Virus record (IMG/VR): IMGVR_UViG_3300047551_002812
Location: 1 to 64,000 of that record
Reading direction: 5' to 3' (one strand)
Length of the DNA: 64,000 nt
DNA from: a virus
Shown: piece by piece, positions 18,581 through 26,705 of the stretch
Numbering within the stretch: the stretch's first letter is position 1
Layout of the letters: each line of letters opens with the position of its first letter
Position numbers and translations under genes: made by a program
Notes under the pieces: model-generated
Seen by the model: only the letters and a program-made list of their open reading frames with translations
Databases searched by the model: none
What the model was told of the DNA's origin: nothing

Positions 18581-19570
18581 CTATACAGGCTCGTCAGCGT
18601 GATCAGAACTCCATTGGATAGCACTCATTACCACATTGCCGGCATCCCAGTCCCAGTCGGAGAAGTGTGGATTCTTCTCGATACTCTCCATCATCCACTG
18701 GTACACCGCGCTCCCCACGACCTCCGGCATCCTCGCCAGCCTTGAGGTATTCCTCCACACGCACTCGTACCTCGATCCCTTCTTCCCGTCGAATGTCTCC
18801 ACGTCCTTAAGAATACCCAGGACTTTCTTCTTGACGTAGGATCGTTTGGAAGCGGTGAGTTCACCGAGGATCTTACGTTGAAGCTTGGAATCGCCCCATT
18901 CCGATCCTTCTGGCTTTACAACGTTCCTCTCTGATTTGGTCAGGTATTGTTCCGCGTTGATCGCCTTAGCGATCTTCTCCAGATCATCAACCGAGGCGCA
19001 GTACTCAGCCTCAACAGAAATAACGCTATTTGCAAGTGAGCCAAAATATAACCTAGCGACATCAACACATTGCTTATCGCCATCGAAGGCGTAGGCAAGT
19101 CCGGTCGAGAGTCTTTTCGCCTGATCAAAGTCAACGACCTCCCGGTCAGCGAAGATAATCCCGCGGTGTTTCGGATGTTCCGGGGAGGAACTGAAACTGT
19201 GGTGGATTATAGAGAACTTTAGACCTAACTCCGCGGCTCGGAGTTGGATCTCCTCCGTCGACTCTCCGTTGTCGAAGTCGATAGCGAACACCTGACACGA
19301 CTTGAAGAGTCCCTCGACGCGACGGGGACGTTTCCAGTTGGGACAGACGTTGAAGACGAACGGACTCCAGGTCTGACCACGGGAGATGAAGCGAGCGAGG
19401 GACTTCGGAGTTACCTCCTCGATAGAGGAACCGAGACGGGCGCCGATGACCCGGACCTCGGTCTTGGGGTTGCCGAACTTATCCACCTCGGAACGGTACT
19501 GAAGCTTCGAGGAGGGTTTGTGGTCCCACTGCTCGGAGTCGATGGATACACTGGCGGAGATTTTAGTCAT
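18581..19570 (-). CDS. Putative primase (AEP/PrimPol-like)
   Basis: FAIDFDNG, HHSFSS..HPKHRGI, DKQCVDVARLYFG; adjacent to the helicase. Confidence 0.7.
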   Translation of the reverse strand: MTKISASVSIDSEQWDHKPSSKLQYRSEVDKFGNPKTEVRVIGARLGSSIEEVTPKSLARFISRGQTWSPFVFNVCPNWKRPRRVEGLFKSCQVFAIDFDNGESTEEIQLRAAELGLKFSIIHHSFSSSPEHPKHRGIIFADREVVDFDQAKRLSTGLAYAFDGDKQCVDVARLYFGSLANSVISVEAEYCASVDDLEKIAKAINAEQYLTKSERNVVKPEGSEWGDSKLQRKILGELTASKRSYVKKKVLGILKDVETFDGKKGSRYECVWRNTSRLARMPEVVGSAVYQWMMESIEKNPHFSDWDWDAGNVVMSAIQWSSDHADEPV

Positions 19571-19635
19571 GAGATTATTCTACCAAAGGATGAGTACAGG
19601 ATCTAGCCATTTCACATGTTGTCACAAACCCCCTA

Positions 19636-21477
19636 TCACACTTTTTGGGGATCGTAGGTTGGATCATAAATCCACTCCACGTTAGCTTTTGTCCTATCGG
19701 AGTAGATCGGTTCCAGTTCCTCGTCGGTCATCTGCTCGATAATCTTTTTAGCCAGTTCGTAAATCTTATTCTTCTCCCCTTTCACCATCTCCCACGTGCG
19801 GACGATATGCGTCATCTTCTTGCCCATCGAGAATCCGTCGCGGAGTCGAAGAACATCGAATACGTTCTCAGTAGTGAGAGCTACATCCTTGTCGTTCTTG
19901 TACGTGTTGAAGATCTCGTAGGCTTTATCAATGGAGGTAATGAGGAGTTTCCGTTGAGCCCAGTACGGGTGCCACTGGCTCCTATGGCGATCATTCCAGT
20001 CCTCCTTGAGCAGGTTGCGGAACTTATCGGCCCTCTTATCGATCATCAGGAACCTGGTTGCTTCGAGGATCTCCGCCAATGACCCCAAAGTAAGTTCTGG
20101 GAGCCAGTTCCCCTCGCCCTTGCGCTGGCGGATCGCGTATGCCAGAAAACCGAAGCGGATGAAGCACTCCAGTGAGTTCTTGTGGATCTGGATCCGCATG
20201 TACGGTAACAGAGACTCGGAGTAGAAGTGGACATCCTCGGAATTCCCGCACTTCTCCAAAAAGAAGTCGGTGCAGTCACGGAGAACTCGTAAGTAGAGAG
20301 ACATGGGGTCCGTGTCGTACTTCTCACAGAGCCACCTGATATGGGAACCGGGGTGGATGTCATGACCCTCCTCACCACTCATCTCCTCGATCTCGAAGAG
20401 TCGGTAGGTGGAGATGGGGGCGAGGCGACTGATGGCTCCCGAGTCGAGAGAGTAAGTGATCTCTGGTTTCCACTCGTTACAGTTGGCAAGAATGACTGTA
20501 TTAGCGACAACTTCCACGGCATCTACACCTTTATTCTCAATTTTTTCTGTTCCTCCAGTGACTACCGATTTGAAACTGTGAGCCTTGAGCATCTTCTCAA
20601 GACTCTCTAGTGTGAGATCGTCATTGTACGCCAGATGGGACGTGATCACCGATCCCTGGTTGAAACGAGATCCAAAATCCCCCATCGCGGAGACATCGTA
20701 TCCAACGTACTTCATAGCGTTAAGAATACCGTTTAGGGTGATTGTCTTACCTACTCCAGGTTCACCAATTACCACACCGGCCTTCCTGAACCCGTGCTCG
20801 AGGATCTCTCCGGTCCCCGGGTGAATGGAACCGCTCCGACCCACACAGGCCCGACCGATGATCAGTTTGACCATCTGGGCCTCGTGGTAGGGAAAGATCT
20901 TCACGATATCCTCGAAGGTGAGTTCCTGGAGTTCCTCGGTAAACCAGTCCTTCTCTGGGACGTAGGCGTAGGTCTCCTCGATGGCCTTCTTGTTACCTTT
21001 ATTTTTATTTGGTGAGTGAGCGATGCCAAGTTTGTACTGCCCCCCGCCCATCTTCTTGTGGCGCAGGGCCTTGAGGTTCTCCAGACCGAGAACATGGTCA
21101 GTGATCTCGCTACTTCTCCCGCTGCGGTAGACGAAGAGAGGAACGGCGAACTCCTGTTCCTCCGCGCCGATCTCCTCTACGCAAGTCTCGTCGAGGATCA
21201 GATCCTGCGCAGCCTCAAGGCGATATTCAGAAGCCGGGACCAGAAACTGGAACCACTTGGGATACCGGATACTCTTCGGTGCCATAGGATCCATAGAAGG
21301 ATCATGCTCTTCGTAGAGAGAGTGGAAGCTTTGGAGTTTTGCATTGTAGTCAAAGCGAAGATGATAACCCTTATTCTCGAGCCAGGCTAGAATCGACTTG
21401 TACATTTTCGAGGGACCCTTCACCCCCAGAGTCTCCTTAGCGGAGGAGTGTCCTTGTTTCTTTGATTCTGCTGCCAT
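19636..21477 (-). CDS. SF3 (D5-like) helicase/NTPase
   Basis: GEPGVGKT, YNDD, FKSVVTGG..IENKG, LANCN. Confidence 0.8.
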   Translation of the reverse strand: MAAESKKQGHSSAKETLGVKGPSKMYKSILAWLENKGYHLRFDYNAKLQSFHSLYEEHDPSMDPMAPKSIRYPKWFQFLVPASEYRLEAAQDLILDETCVEEIGAEEQEFAVPLFVYRSGRSSEITDHVLGLENLKALRHKKMGGGQYKLGIAHSPNKNKGNKKAIEETYAYVPEKDWFTEELQELTFEDIVKIFPYHEAQMVKLIIGRACVGRSGSIHPGTGEILEHGFRKAGVVIGEPGVGKTITLNGILNAMKYVGYDVSAMGDFGSRFNQGSVITSHLAYNDDLTLESLEKMLKAHSFKSVVTGGTEKIENKGVDAVEVVANTVILANCNEWKPEITYSLDSGAISRLAPISTYRLFEIEEMSGEEGHDIHPGSHIRWLCEKYDTDPMSLYLRVLRDCTDFFLEKCGNSEDVHFYSESLLPYMRIQIHKNSLECFIRFGFLAYAIRQRKGEGNWLPELTLGSLAEILEATRFLMIDKRADKFRNLLKEDWNDRHRSQWHPYWAQRKLLITSIDKAYEIFNTYKNDKDVALTTENVFDVLRLRDGFSMGKKMTHIVRTWEMVKGEKNKIYELAKKIIEQMTDEELEPIYSDRTKANVEWIYDPTYDPQKV

Positions 21478-21506
21478 AAAGAGAAAAGTCCCAGGTTATC
21501 TGGGAC
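21478..21506 (-). terminator. Terminator-like hairpin overlapping the helicase promoter
   Basis: Minus strand GTCCCAG-ATAAC-CTGGGAC-TTTTCTCTTT-ATG. Confidence 0.6.
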
Positions 21507-21525
21507 CATTATAGGATAGAAGCGG

Positions 21526-22806
21526 TCAGTCGTCGAGGACTGATACGAGAGATTTAAGATCCTTCACGATCGAGTCCTTAAGCTCCTTTAGTCTTTTGAT
21601 GGTTATTCTTAGGTCCTTGACGCATTTTTTATCGTCTTTCTCCTTGCACTTCGAGACCTGTTCGGTTTGCTCTTTGATCTGGAGTTTCAGATCCTCCTGC
21701 TCTACGACTAACTTCTTGCATTTATCGAACATCTCGAGTTCCTCCGCGACGCTGAGGCAGAGGGTCTTATTCTTCCCGCGCAGTTCCGGGTTGGAGTTCT
21801 CCAGTCTGACTTTCCTCGCTTTGGAGAGGAAGAACTGCTTCTCGTCGTGGTGGGTCTCTCCGATCTCTGGCATGAAGAGTCCCTTTGACCGGAGGAAGTT
21901 TCTCGCGGAGAGTAGGTGGTCTTCTCGATCGGACACTAGATCCGAGTTGAGAACCTTAGAGAGCGTCTTCGTATCCTCCTTGGTGAATCTCCACTCTGTA
22001 TCCTCGTTGTACAGGTCGAAGAACCTCAGCGGGGTCCCTGGGAGCAGGTTGTCCCCGGCGTCTCCTAAGTTCTCCTTGACTATGTAGCAACCGTACGCTG
22101 ACTCGATGACGAACTTGTCCTTTCTGAGGTAGTAGTCGCAGACCTCACGTTCCGACCGGAGTCTAGGTAGCCACGGACCGGTATTGGCCCACACGATGCC
22201 ATGTGAGTCGGACACCAGCCCCTGCCAGTCCCCGTCTACCGTGGAGAGGATGATCTGCCGCTGAGACAGTGGAGTACCCTTCCGGGCCTTACGCTTAAGC
22301 CTGCAGATATGCCCGGCTATATCATCCGCCTCGAAGAACTCTTTGGCGAAGTAGGGGAACGAGGAGCCCTTGGATAAGATGTACTCGTACCCCGCGGCCT
22401 CGGTGAGATCGAAGTGCGGGGTCTTCTCCCCTCGGCCGCCTTTGTACTCCGCCAGGTCAAGTTTGTGAGCCTCGATATGCCTCCAATATCCCACCCCAGT
22501 TGTCGAGGCTTCGGAGAACTCCGGATCGAATCGTCCCTTAAGGTCATCTACCACCACTCCGACGAACGGGAAAGGCCGGAGCATATCCGGCCCGCGATTG
22601 AGCTTATAGGCCCACATCGCCTTCATGATGGTTCTCAGTTCTTTCTCGTCTTTTGCAACTTCGGAGGCCAGTTGGGCGTACTTGTTGATCGCGTGGGCGT
22701 ACACCTTGAAGTCGATAACAACAACCGGGCAGTACGGATCGGTAATCGGCTCGAATACGTCCTCGAGTAGGGTGGAGGTGTGGTCGTATGAGGGAAGCGA
22801 TATCAA
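21526..22806 (-). CDS. 5'-3' exonuclease (PIN/FEN, T4 RNase H-like)
   Basis: YWR..YKGGR, FEADDIAG, TVDGDWQGL, GDAGDNL. Confidence 0.88.
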   Translation of the reverse strand: MISLPSYDHTSTLLEDVFEPITDPYCPVVVIDFKVYAHAINKYAQLASEVAKDEKELRTIMKAMWAYKLNRGPDMLRPFPFVGVVVDDLKGRFDPEFSEASTTGVGYWRHIEAHKLDLAEYKGGRGEKTPHFDLTEAAGYEYILSKGSSFPYFAKEFFEADDIAGHICRLKRKARKGTPLSQRQIILSTVDGDWQGLVSDSHGIVWANTGPWLPRLRSEREVCDYYLRKDKFVIESAYGCYIVKENLGDAGDNLLPGTPLRFFDLYNEDTEWRFTKEDTKTLSKVLNSDLVSDREDHLLSARNFLRSKGLFMPEIGETHHDEKQFFLSKARKVRLENSNPELRGKNKTLCLSVAEELEMFDKCKKLVVEQEDLKLQIKEQTEQVSKCKEKDDKKCVKDLRITIKRLKELKDSIVKDLKSLVSVLDD

Positions 22807-23639
22807 TTCGCCACCTCCATGCGGACGGAGGGATGGGACTCGTAATTGATGATCTCGAAGTCGGTCTCTGGATCTAGGTCGAAGATGTTCTTCTCGTTGT
22901 TGATCCAGACATCACAAGCGGACATGGGTACGTTCTTGATGATGGACTCGATCGCCATCTCGTTCTGGGAGTAGATGTGGTTGTTGGCCGAGGCGAACAT
23001 CACGAACCGAGGTACGAGATTAGCGTCTTGGGCCATCTTGGTAGTAAGAAGGCCATAGCGGAACATATCCAGAGGTACTCCGGTGGCCATGTCATTACTC
23101 CGCGCGTTGACCATCAGATCAAGATAAGTCCCATCGCTAGAAAACACGAGGTTAGGATGACAAGGAGGGCAGTGAAGAGAATCGTAAGAAGGATTGAAAG
23201 TCTGAAGCACCAACTGGCGATTGGTCGGGTTGGTTCGGAGTTGCTCCCAGATCCACTTGAGTTGGTCGAATGGCGCATTACGAAACTTCTCCCACTGCAT
23301 ACTCTGCTCTGGACAGGCCTGGGGCCAGGATCGCCAGGAACGCCCGTAGGATCCCGCGAGACGGCCCTCGGTATCCGCCAGAAAGTCCCAGAAGTGCTTA
23401 GCGGGACCGAGATTCGTGACTCGGTAGTCCCCGTTGACATCCCACATGAACTCTCGGAAGAGGTTACGCACGGGCATCTTGCGGAGAGTGAGAGCGGGAA
23501 ATCCCTCCCGAAGGTCGATCTTGATGGTCTGGCCGAACATCTGCTTATAGCGGAGATTATTCCGACCGACAACCTCGGTTCCCTCGGTCAGGATCTCCTT
23601 GGCGATCTTGATGTACTGGTAGTCAAATGGCAGAGTCAT
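22803..23639 (-). CDS. Thymidylate-synthase-family enzyme, predicted dCMP methyl/hydroxymethyl-transferase
   Basis: FPALT, PPCH (C160), RSNDMATGVPLD with Asp191 at the E. coli ThyA Asn177 position, HIY. Confidence 0.85.
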   Translation of the reverse strand: MTLPFDYQYIKIAKEILTEGTEVVGRNNLRYKQMFGQTIKIDLREGFPALTLRKMPVRNLFREFMWDVNGDYRVTNLGPAKHFWDFLADTEGRLAGSYGRSWRSWPQACPEQSMQWEKFRNAPFDQLKWIWEQLRTNPTNRQLVLQTFNPSYDSLHCPPCHPNLVFSSDGTYLDLMVNARSNDMATGVPLDMFRYGLLTTKMAQDANLVPRFVMFASANNHIYSQNEMAIESIIKNVPMSACDVWINNEKNIFDLDPETDFEIINYESHPSVRMEVAN

Positions 23640-23691
23640 GGTCTCCCTTGATGAATGATTTGATTGTCATTCTATCATGGGTAGGAACCGA

Positions 23692-23934
23692 TCACTGAAT
23701 GTCGAAATATTTTTTAACTAGTAGTTTTTGGAGCTTCACGAACTTGCGGAGGGGGTAGTCGTACTCCATCGCCCACTGGAGGAGGGAACGGCTTCCCATC
23801 TCCACGAGGTCCATGTCCGGATCTTCCGCTATAACATTCTCCTTCGCTACGAAGAATTTTTCACCGTCGCGAGCCACGACGAGCCATGGGATCTGCTTGT
23901 CAAAGCGGATCGGTTTTGAGATTCTTTCGATCAT
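23692..23934 (-). CDS. Hypothetical protein
   Basis: 80 aa ORF in the coding direction. Confidence 0.65.
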   Translation of the reverse strand: MIERISKPIRFDKQIPWLVVARDGEKFFVAKENVIAEDPDMDLVEMGSRSLLQWAMEYDYPLRKFVKLQKLLVKKYFDIQ

Positions 23935-23973
23935 TATGTATTTAAGTCGGTGTTTGGTTGCTAAGAACCACGT

Positions 23974-24270
23974 CTACGCTTCTCTAGCTTTATTCACGTC
24001 CTTAGCGGTTTTTGCTGCGTTTAGTCTCTGAATCTGTCGAGGATCTACGCCCCCAAGGTCCTGTTTCCATCTCTTCCCGGAGGAGTTCGCAGCGTTCAGG
24101 CCCGGGGATCCTTTCGGAAGGCAGGTGTTACCGGATTTTGTAGAACCCGGAGGGCATTTTAGCATTACTTTGCCTTTGTAGAAGATACGATCGGCGTAGT
24201 CGTACGTTCCATCCTGGCGTTTCTTTCTCAGGATTTCCATGTAGTCCTGCGCCGAGAGTTTCCTTTCCAT
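23974..24270 (-). CDS. Small basic late protein with CPPG..TCLP minidomain
   Basis: 98 aa; GTTTAAAG 22 nt upstream. Confidence 0.7.
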   Translation of the reverse strand: MERKLSAQDYMEILRKKRQDGTYDYADRIFYKGKVMLKCPPGSTKSGNTCLPKGSPGLNAANSSGKRWKQDLGGVDPRQIQRLNAAKTAKDVNKAREA

Positions 24271-24292
24271 CGTTAAGTTTATCCTCCAAGAT

Positions 24293-24345
24293 CTTTAAAC
24301 CAGAGATTTTCGGTCTAAAGAACTTCAGACTACATCATCATACCA
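24293..24345. promoter_or_regulatory. Divergent promoter region: GTTTAAAG (-), GTCTAAAG (+), TGGTATGAT (-)
   Basis: Motifs at 24293-24300, 24313-24320 and 24337-24345. Confidence 0.65.
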
Positions 24346-24346
24346 T

Positions 24347-25564
24347 ATGACTAAGTACACTCACGGGCACATCATCCCCTTGGTAGGGGGGAGCGTGGTG
24401 GGAACCTCCCTCGCTCTCCGCTCCGATCCCCAGTGGATCGCGTCCTGGGGAAGTGTATTCGGAGCGAATGACCGGTACTGCCTGCAGTACATGGAGAAAG
24501 TACCGTTTTACGATTTTGAGAAGGAACAGTCTCCATCCTCCTACGTAGATATAGTAACCTCCTTACCACCCTGTGCCGGCCTGTCGATGGCAAATACCAC
24601 TTCTGGGGACGCAGTCAATAATCCGCGTGGGTGCTCCGCCCCGAGTAACATACATATGTACAACGCGGCGGAGTTCGCTATGTCGAAGATAGGACCCAGG
24701 GCCATGATGGTCGAGAACGCCCCGACTCTCTACTCGAAGATGGGAGAGGAGTTCGCGGAGAAGATCAACACTCTGGCCCAGAGTCACGGGTACGTCATGA
24801 GTCTGGTAAAAACAACCTCCATCAACCATGGGGTCCCGCAGGAGAGGACGAGGAGCTTCTTCTTCCTGTGGAAGGGTGACAGGGTGCCGGTTCTCTCCCC
24901 GATCAAGAGGGACTTCGTTCCCTTCCACCAGTTCCTGAAGGAAGGTCGATTCGCTAAGTCGGAGTCGGTCTCTAAATCCAAGAAGTTCCCGAGCGAGGAT
25001 CCGCTGTGGCAGTTCATCGAGTCGAAGTACGCTGGCTGCACCAAGCAGGATGTCCTCTCCCGGGTAGCTTCCAAACGTATGACATCCACCTGGAACGTTA
25101 TATACGACTCCGGATGGCTGGAGGAGGCCGCGAGAGTTGTCAAGGACGAGAAGGCGAACCGTTGGCTCAATTACACCCTGGAGAAGAAGAGAGCTGGTAA
25201 GAATATCATGGACGGGAGCATGAAACTCGCGTGGTTTAGGACCCAGAGCCTGATGTGGAAGAGTCTCCCGTACCTTATGCACCCCCACGAGGACAGGTGG
25301 CTCACGGTAGCGGAGGGTCTGGGACTGATGGGATTCCCCGATGACTACGCGGCCAAGGTCTCCATACCCACGAAGCATAGTAACGTGATCTGCCAGAACG
25401 TTCCAGCCTGCACCGCTGGGGATTGGGTGGGGGAGATCGTTGAGGCTCTGGATGGAAATAGGGAATGGATCGAGCCGGAGAGGAATCCCGATGGTAGTTA
25501 CAGAATCCTGAGGCAGAACAATACTGCCTCTAAGAATCCGATGGAACCACTCTGGTCAGTGTAG
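24347..25564 (+). CDS. Divergent DNA (cytosine-5)-methyltransferase-fold protein
   Basis: Motif IV PPCAGLS, VI VENAP, VIII GVPQERTR, IX RWLTVAE..LMGFP, X CQNVP; motif I is IPLVGG rather than FxGxGG. Confidence 0.85.
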   Translation: MTKYTHGHIIPLVGGSVVGTSLALRSDPQWIASWGSVFGANDRYCLQYMEKVPFYDFEKEQSPSSYVDIVTSLPPCAGLSMANTTSGDAVNNPRGCSAPSNIHMYNAAEFAMSKIGPRAMMVENAPTLYSKMGEEFAEKINTLAQSHGYVMSLVKTTSINHGVPQERTRSFFFLWKGDRVPVLSPIKRDFVPFHQFLKEGRFAKSESVSKSKKFPSEDPLWQFIESKYAGCTKQDVLSRVASKRMTSTWNVIYDSGWLEEAARVVKDEKANRWLNYTLEKKRAGKNIMDGSMKLAWFRTQSLMWKSLPYLMHPHEDRWLTVAEGLGLMGFPDDYAAKVSIPTKHSNVICQNVPACTAGDWVGEIVEALDGNREWIEPERNPDGSYRILRQNNTASKNPMEPLWSV

Positions 25565-26047
25565 AGAGTAGTTATACTGCTGCCACTCCGGGTCGTTTGT
25601 CTGGGAGATAGTGAAGGTGATCTTACTGATCGGAGCGGCGGGTTTTCTTAGTAGTCTCATTCCGGTATGCTCCAAGAGTTTGTCGCTCTTAAGGGTGTTG
25701 CACCTGCTACAGGCTACCACTAAATTCTGCCAGGTGTCCTGCCCTCCTTTGCTTTTGGGCAGGACGTGGTCTATAGTCAGTTTTCTGGTGGCTCCGCAGT
25801 ACTGGCATTTATGCCCGTCTCTTTTGTAGATCATTGATCTGGATGGTTTGGCTTCCATCATCTTAGAGACGGGTATCCGTACGTACTCGACGAGACGTAT
25901 GACCCTCTCGGAGATTATCTTGGCCTTCTCCTTGACGAGGAGAACTATAGCTCTCTTCCAGCTCGTGATGTTTATTGGTTCGTAGGTAGCGTTTAAAACT
26001 AGAACCGACGACTCCGGCCTAATCCCCCATCGAGTTTCCTGTGCCAT
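25556..26047 (-). CDS. HNH endonuclease (McrA-like)
   Basis: VLVLNATYEP, RDGHKCQYCG..TIDHVLPKSKGG..WQNLVVAC..CN; ATG at 26047 preferred. Confidence 0.92.
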   Translation of the reverse strand: MAQETRWGIRPESSVLVLNATYEPINITSWKRAIVLLVKEKAKIISERVIRLVEYVRIPVSKMMEAKPSRSMIYKRDGHKCQYCGATRKLTIDHVLPKSKGGQDTWQNLVVACSRCNTLKSDKLLEHTGMRLLRKPAAPISKITFTISQTNDPEWQQYNYSLH

Positions 26048-26195
26048 CGCAATACTCGCACTCCTGTACTTCGTTAGGTTCGGCGTAGCCCTCGGGAGAG
26101 GTGTGAGTGATGATCTTGAAACCCCTCCCGTCGCAGTAGGCACATCTGTTGTACTCTATCTGCTCTATCAGTCTCTGGACTTTTTTCTTTGTCAT
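26019..26195 (-). CDS. Small DnaJ-type zinc-finger protein
   Basis: CAYCDGRG and CEYCDGTG (CxxCxGxG x2); ATGA overlap with the upstream stop. Confidence 0.7.
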   Translation of the reverse strand: MTKKKVQRLIEQIEYNRCAYCDGRGFKIITHTSPEGYAEPNEVQECEYCDGTGNSMGD

Positions 26196-26653
26196 GTGGT
26201 CAGGGAGAATTTCGCGGAATCGCACTCTCCACGCAGTTCCTTCGAGGGATCGGACGGTGCTGACTCCGTACCATTGGTGATGTGGTCCTTACGTTTCGAG
26301 TTGTAGTTGAGTTTTTTGGCGGCGATCTCGGCGAATTCCTTTCCACTAACTCCGGCGTACGCTAGAGCGGCCCTGTGGAACAGGAGCACGTCGAACATCT
26401 CAGCGATAAACTCCTCCCGGTTCTCTCCGGAATCCAGGAACGAGGGCTCGTTGATCTTCCAACTACGCCGGGGAACGTACACGCGGGCCTCGATAACCTC
26501 CTCGATGAGATGTCCGAGGTGCTCGATGACCTTGGCGTGGCGTGTGTCCCTGGAGATATCCTCGTCGAGAGGGCCGGGTTGTCCGGCCGCCCCGGCGTAC
26601 TTCTGCTGGGAGGCGTACCCGTCGTCGATAAACTGCGCGTAATCAAAACTCAT
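26192..26653 (-). CDS. All-alpha NTP pyrophosphatase (dimeric dUTPase / T4 gp56 dCTPase-like)
   Basis: EEVIEA..RRSWK..EMFDV..KKLNYNSKR. Confidence 0.8.
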   Translation of the reverse strand: MSFDYAQFIDDGYASQQKYAGAAGQPGPLDEDISRDTRHAKVIEHLGHLIEEVIEARVYVPRRSWKINEPSFLDSGENREEFIAEMFDVLLFHRAALAYAGVSGKEFAEIAAKKLNYNSKRKDHITNGTESAPSDPSKELRGECDSAKFSLTT

Positions 26654-26680
26654 TGGTTCGGTGTAAGTAGATGAGATCTA

Positions 26681-26689
26681 ATTCTATCA
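26681..26689 (-). promoter_or_regulatory. Sigma70-type extended -10 TGATAGAAT
   Basis: Representative copy. Others: 1362-1370, 19577-19585, 23669-23677, 28644-28652, 30367-30375, 31989-31997, 55110-55118 (all -) and 47664-47672 (+). Confidence 0.8.
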
Positions 26690-26705
26690 CGGAGAAGGAC
26701 TTACA

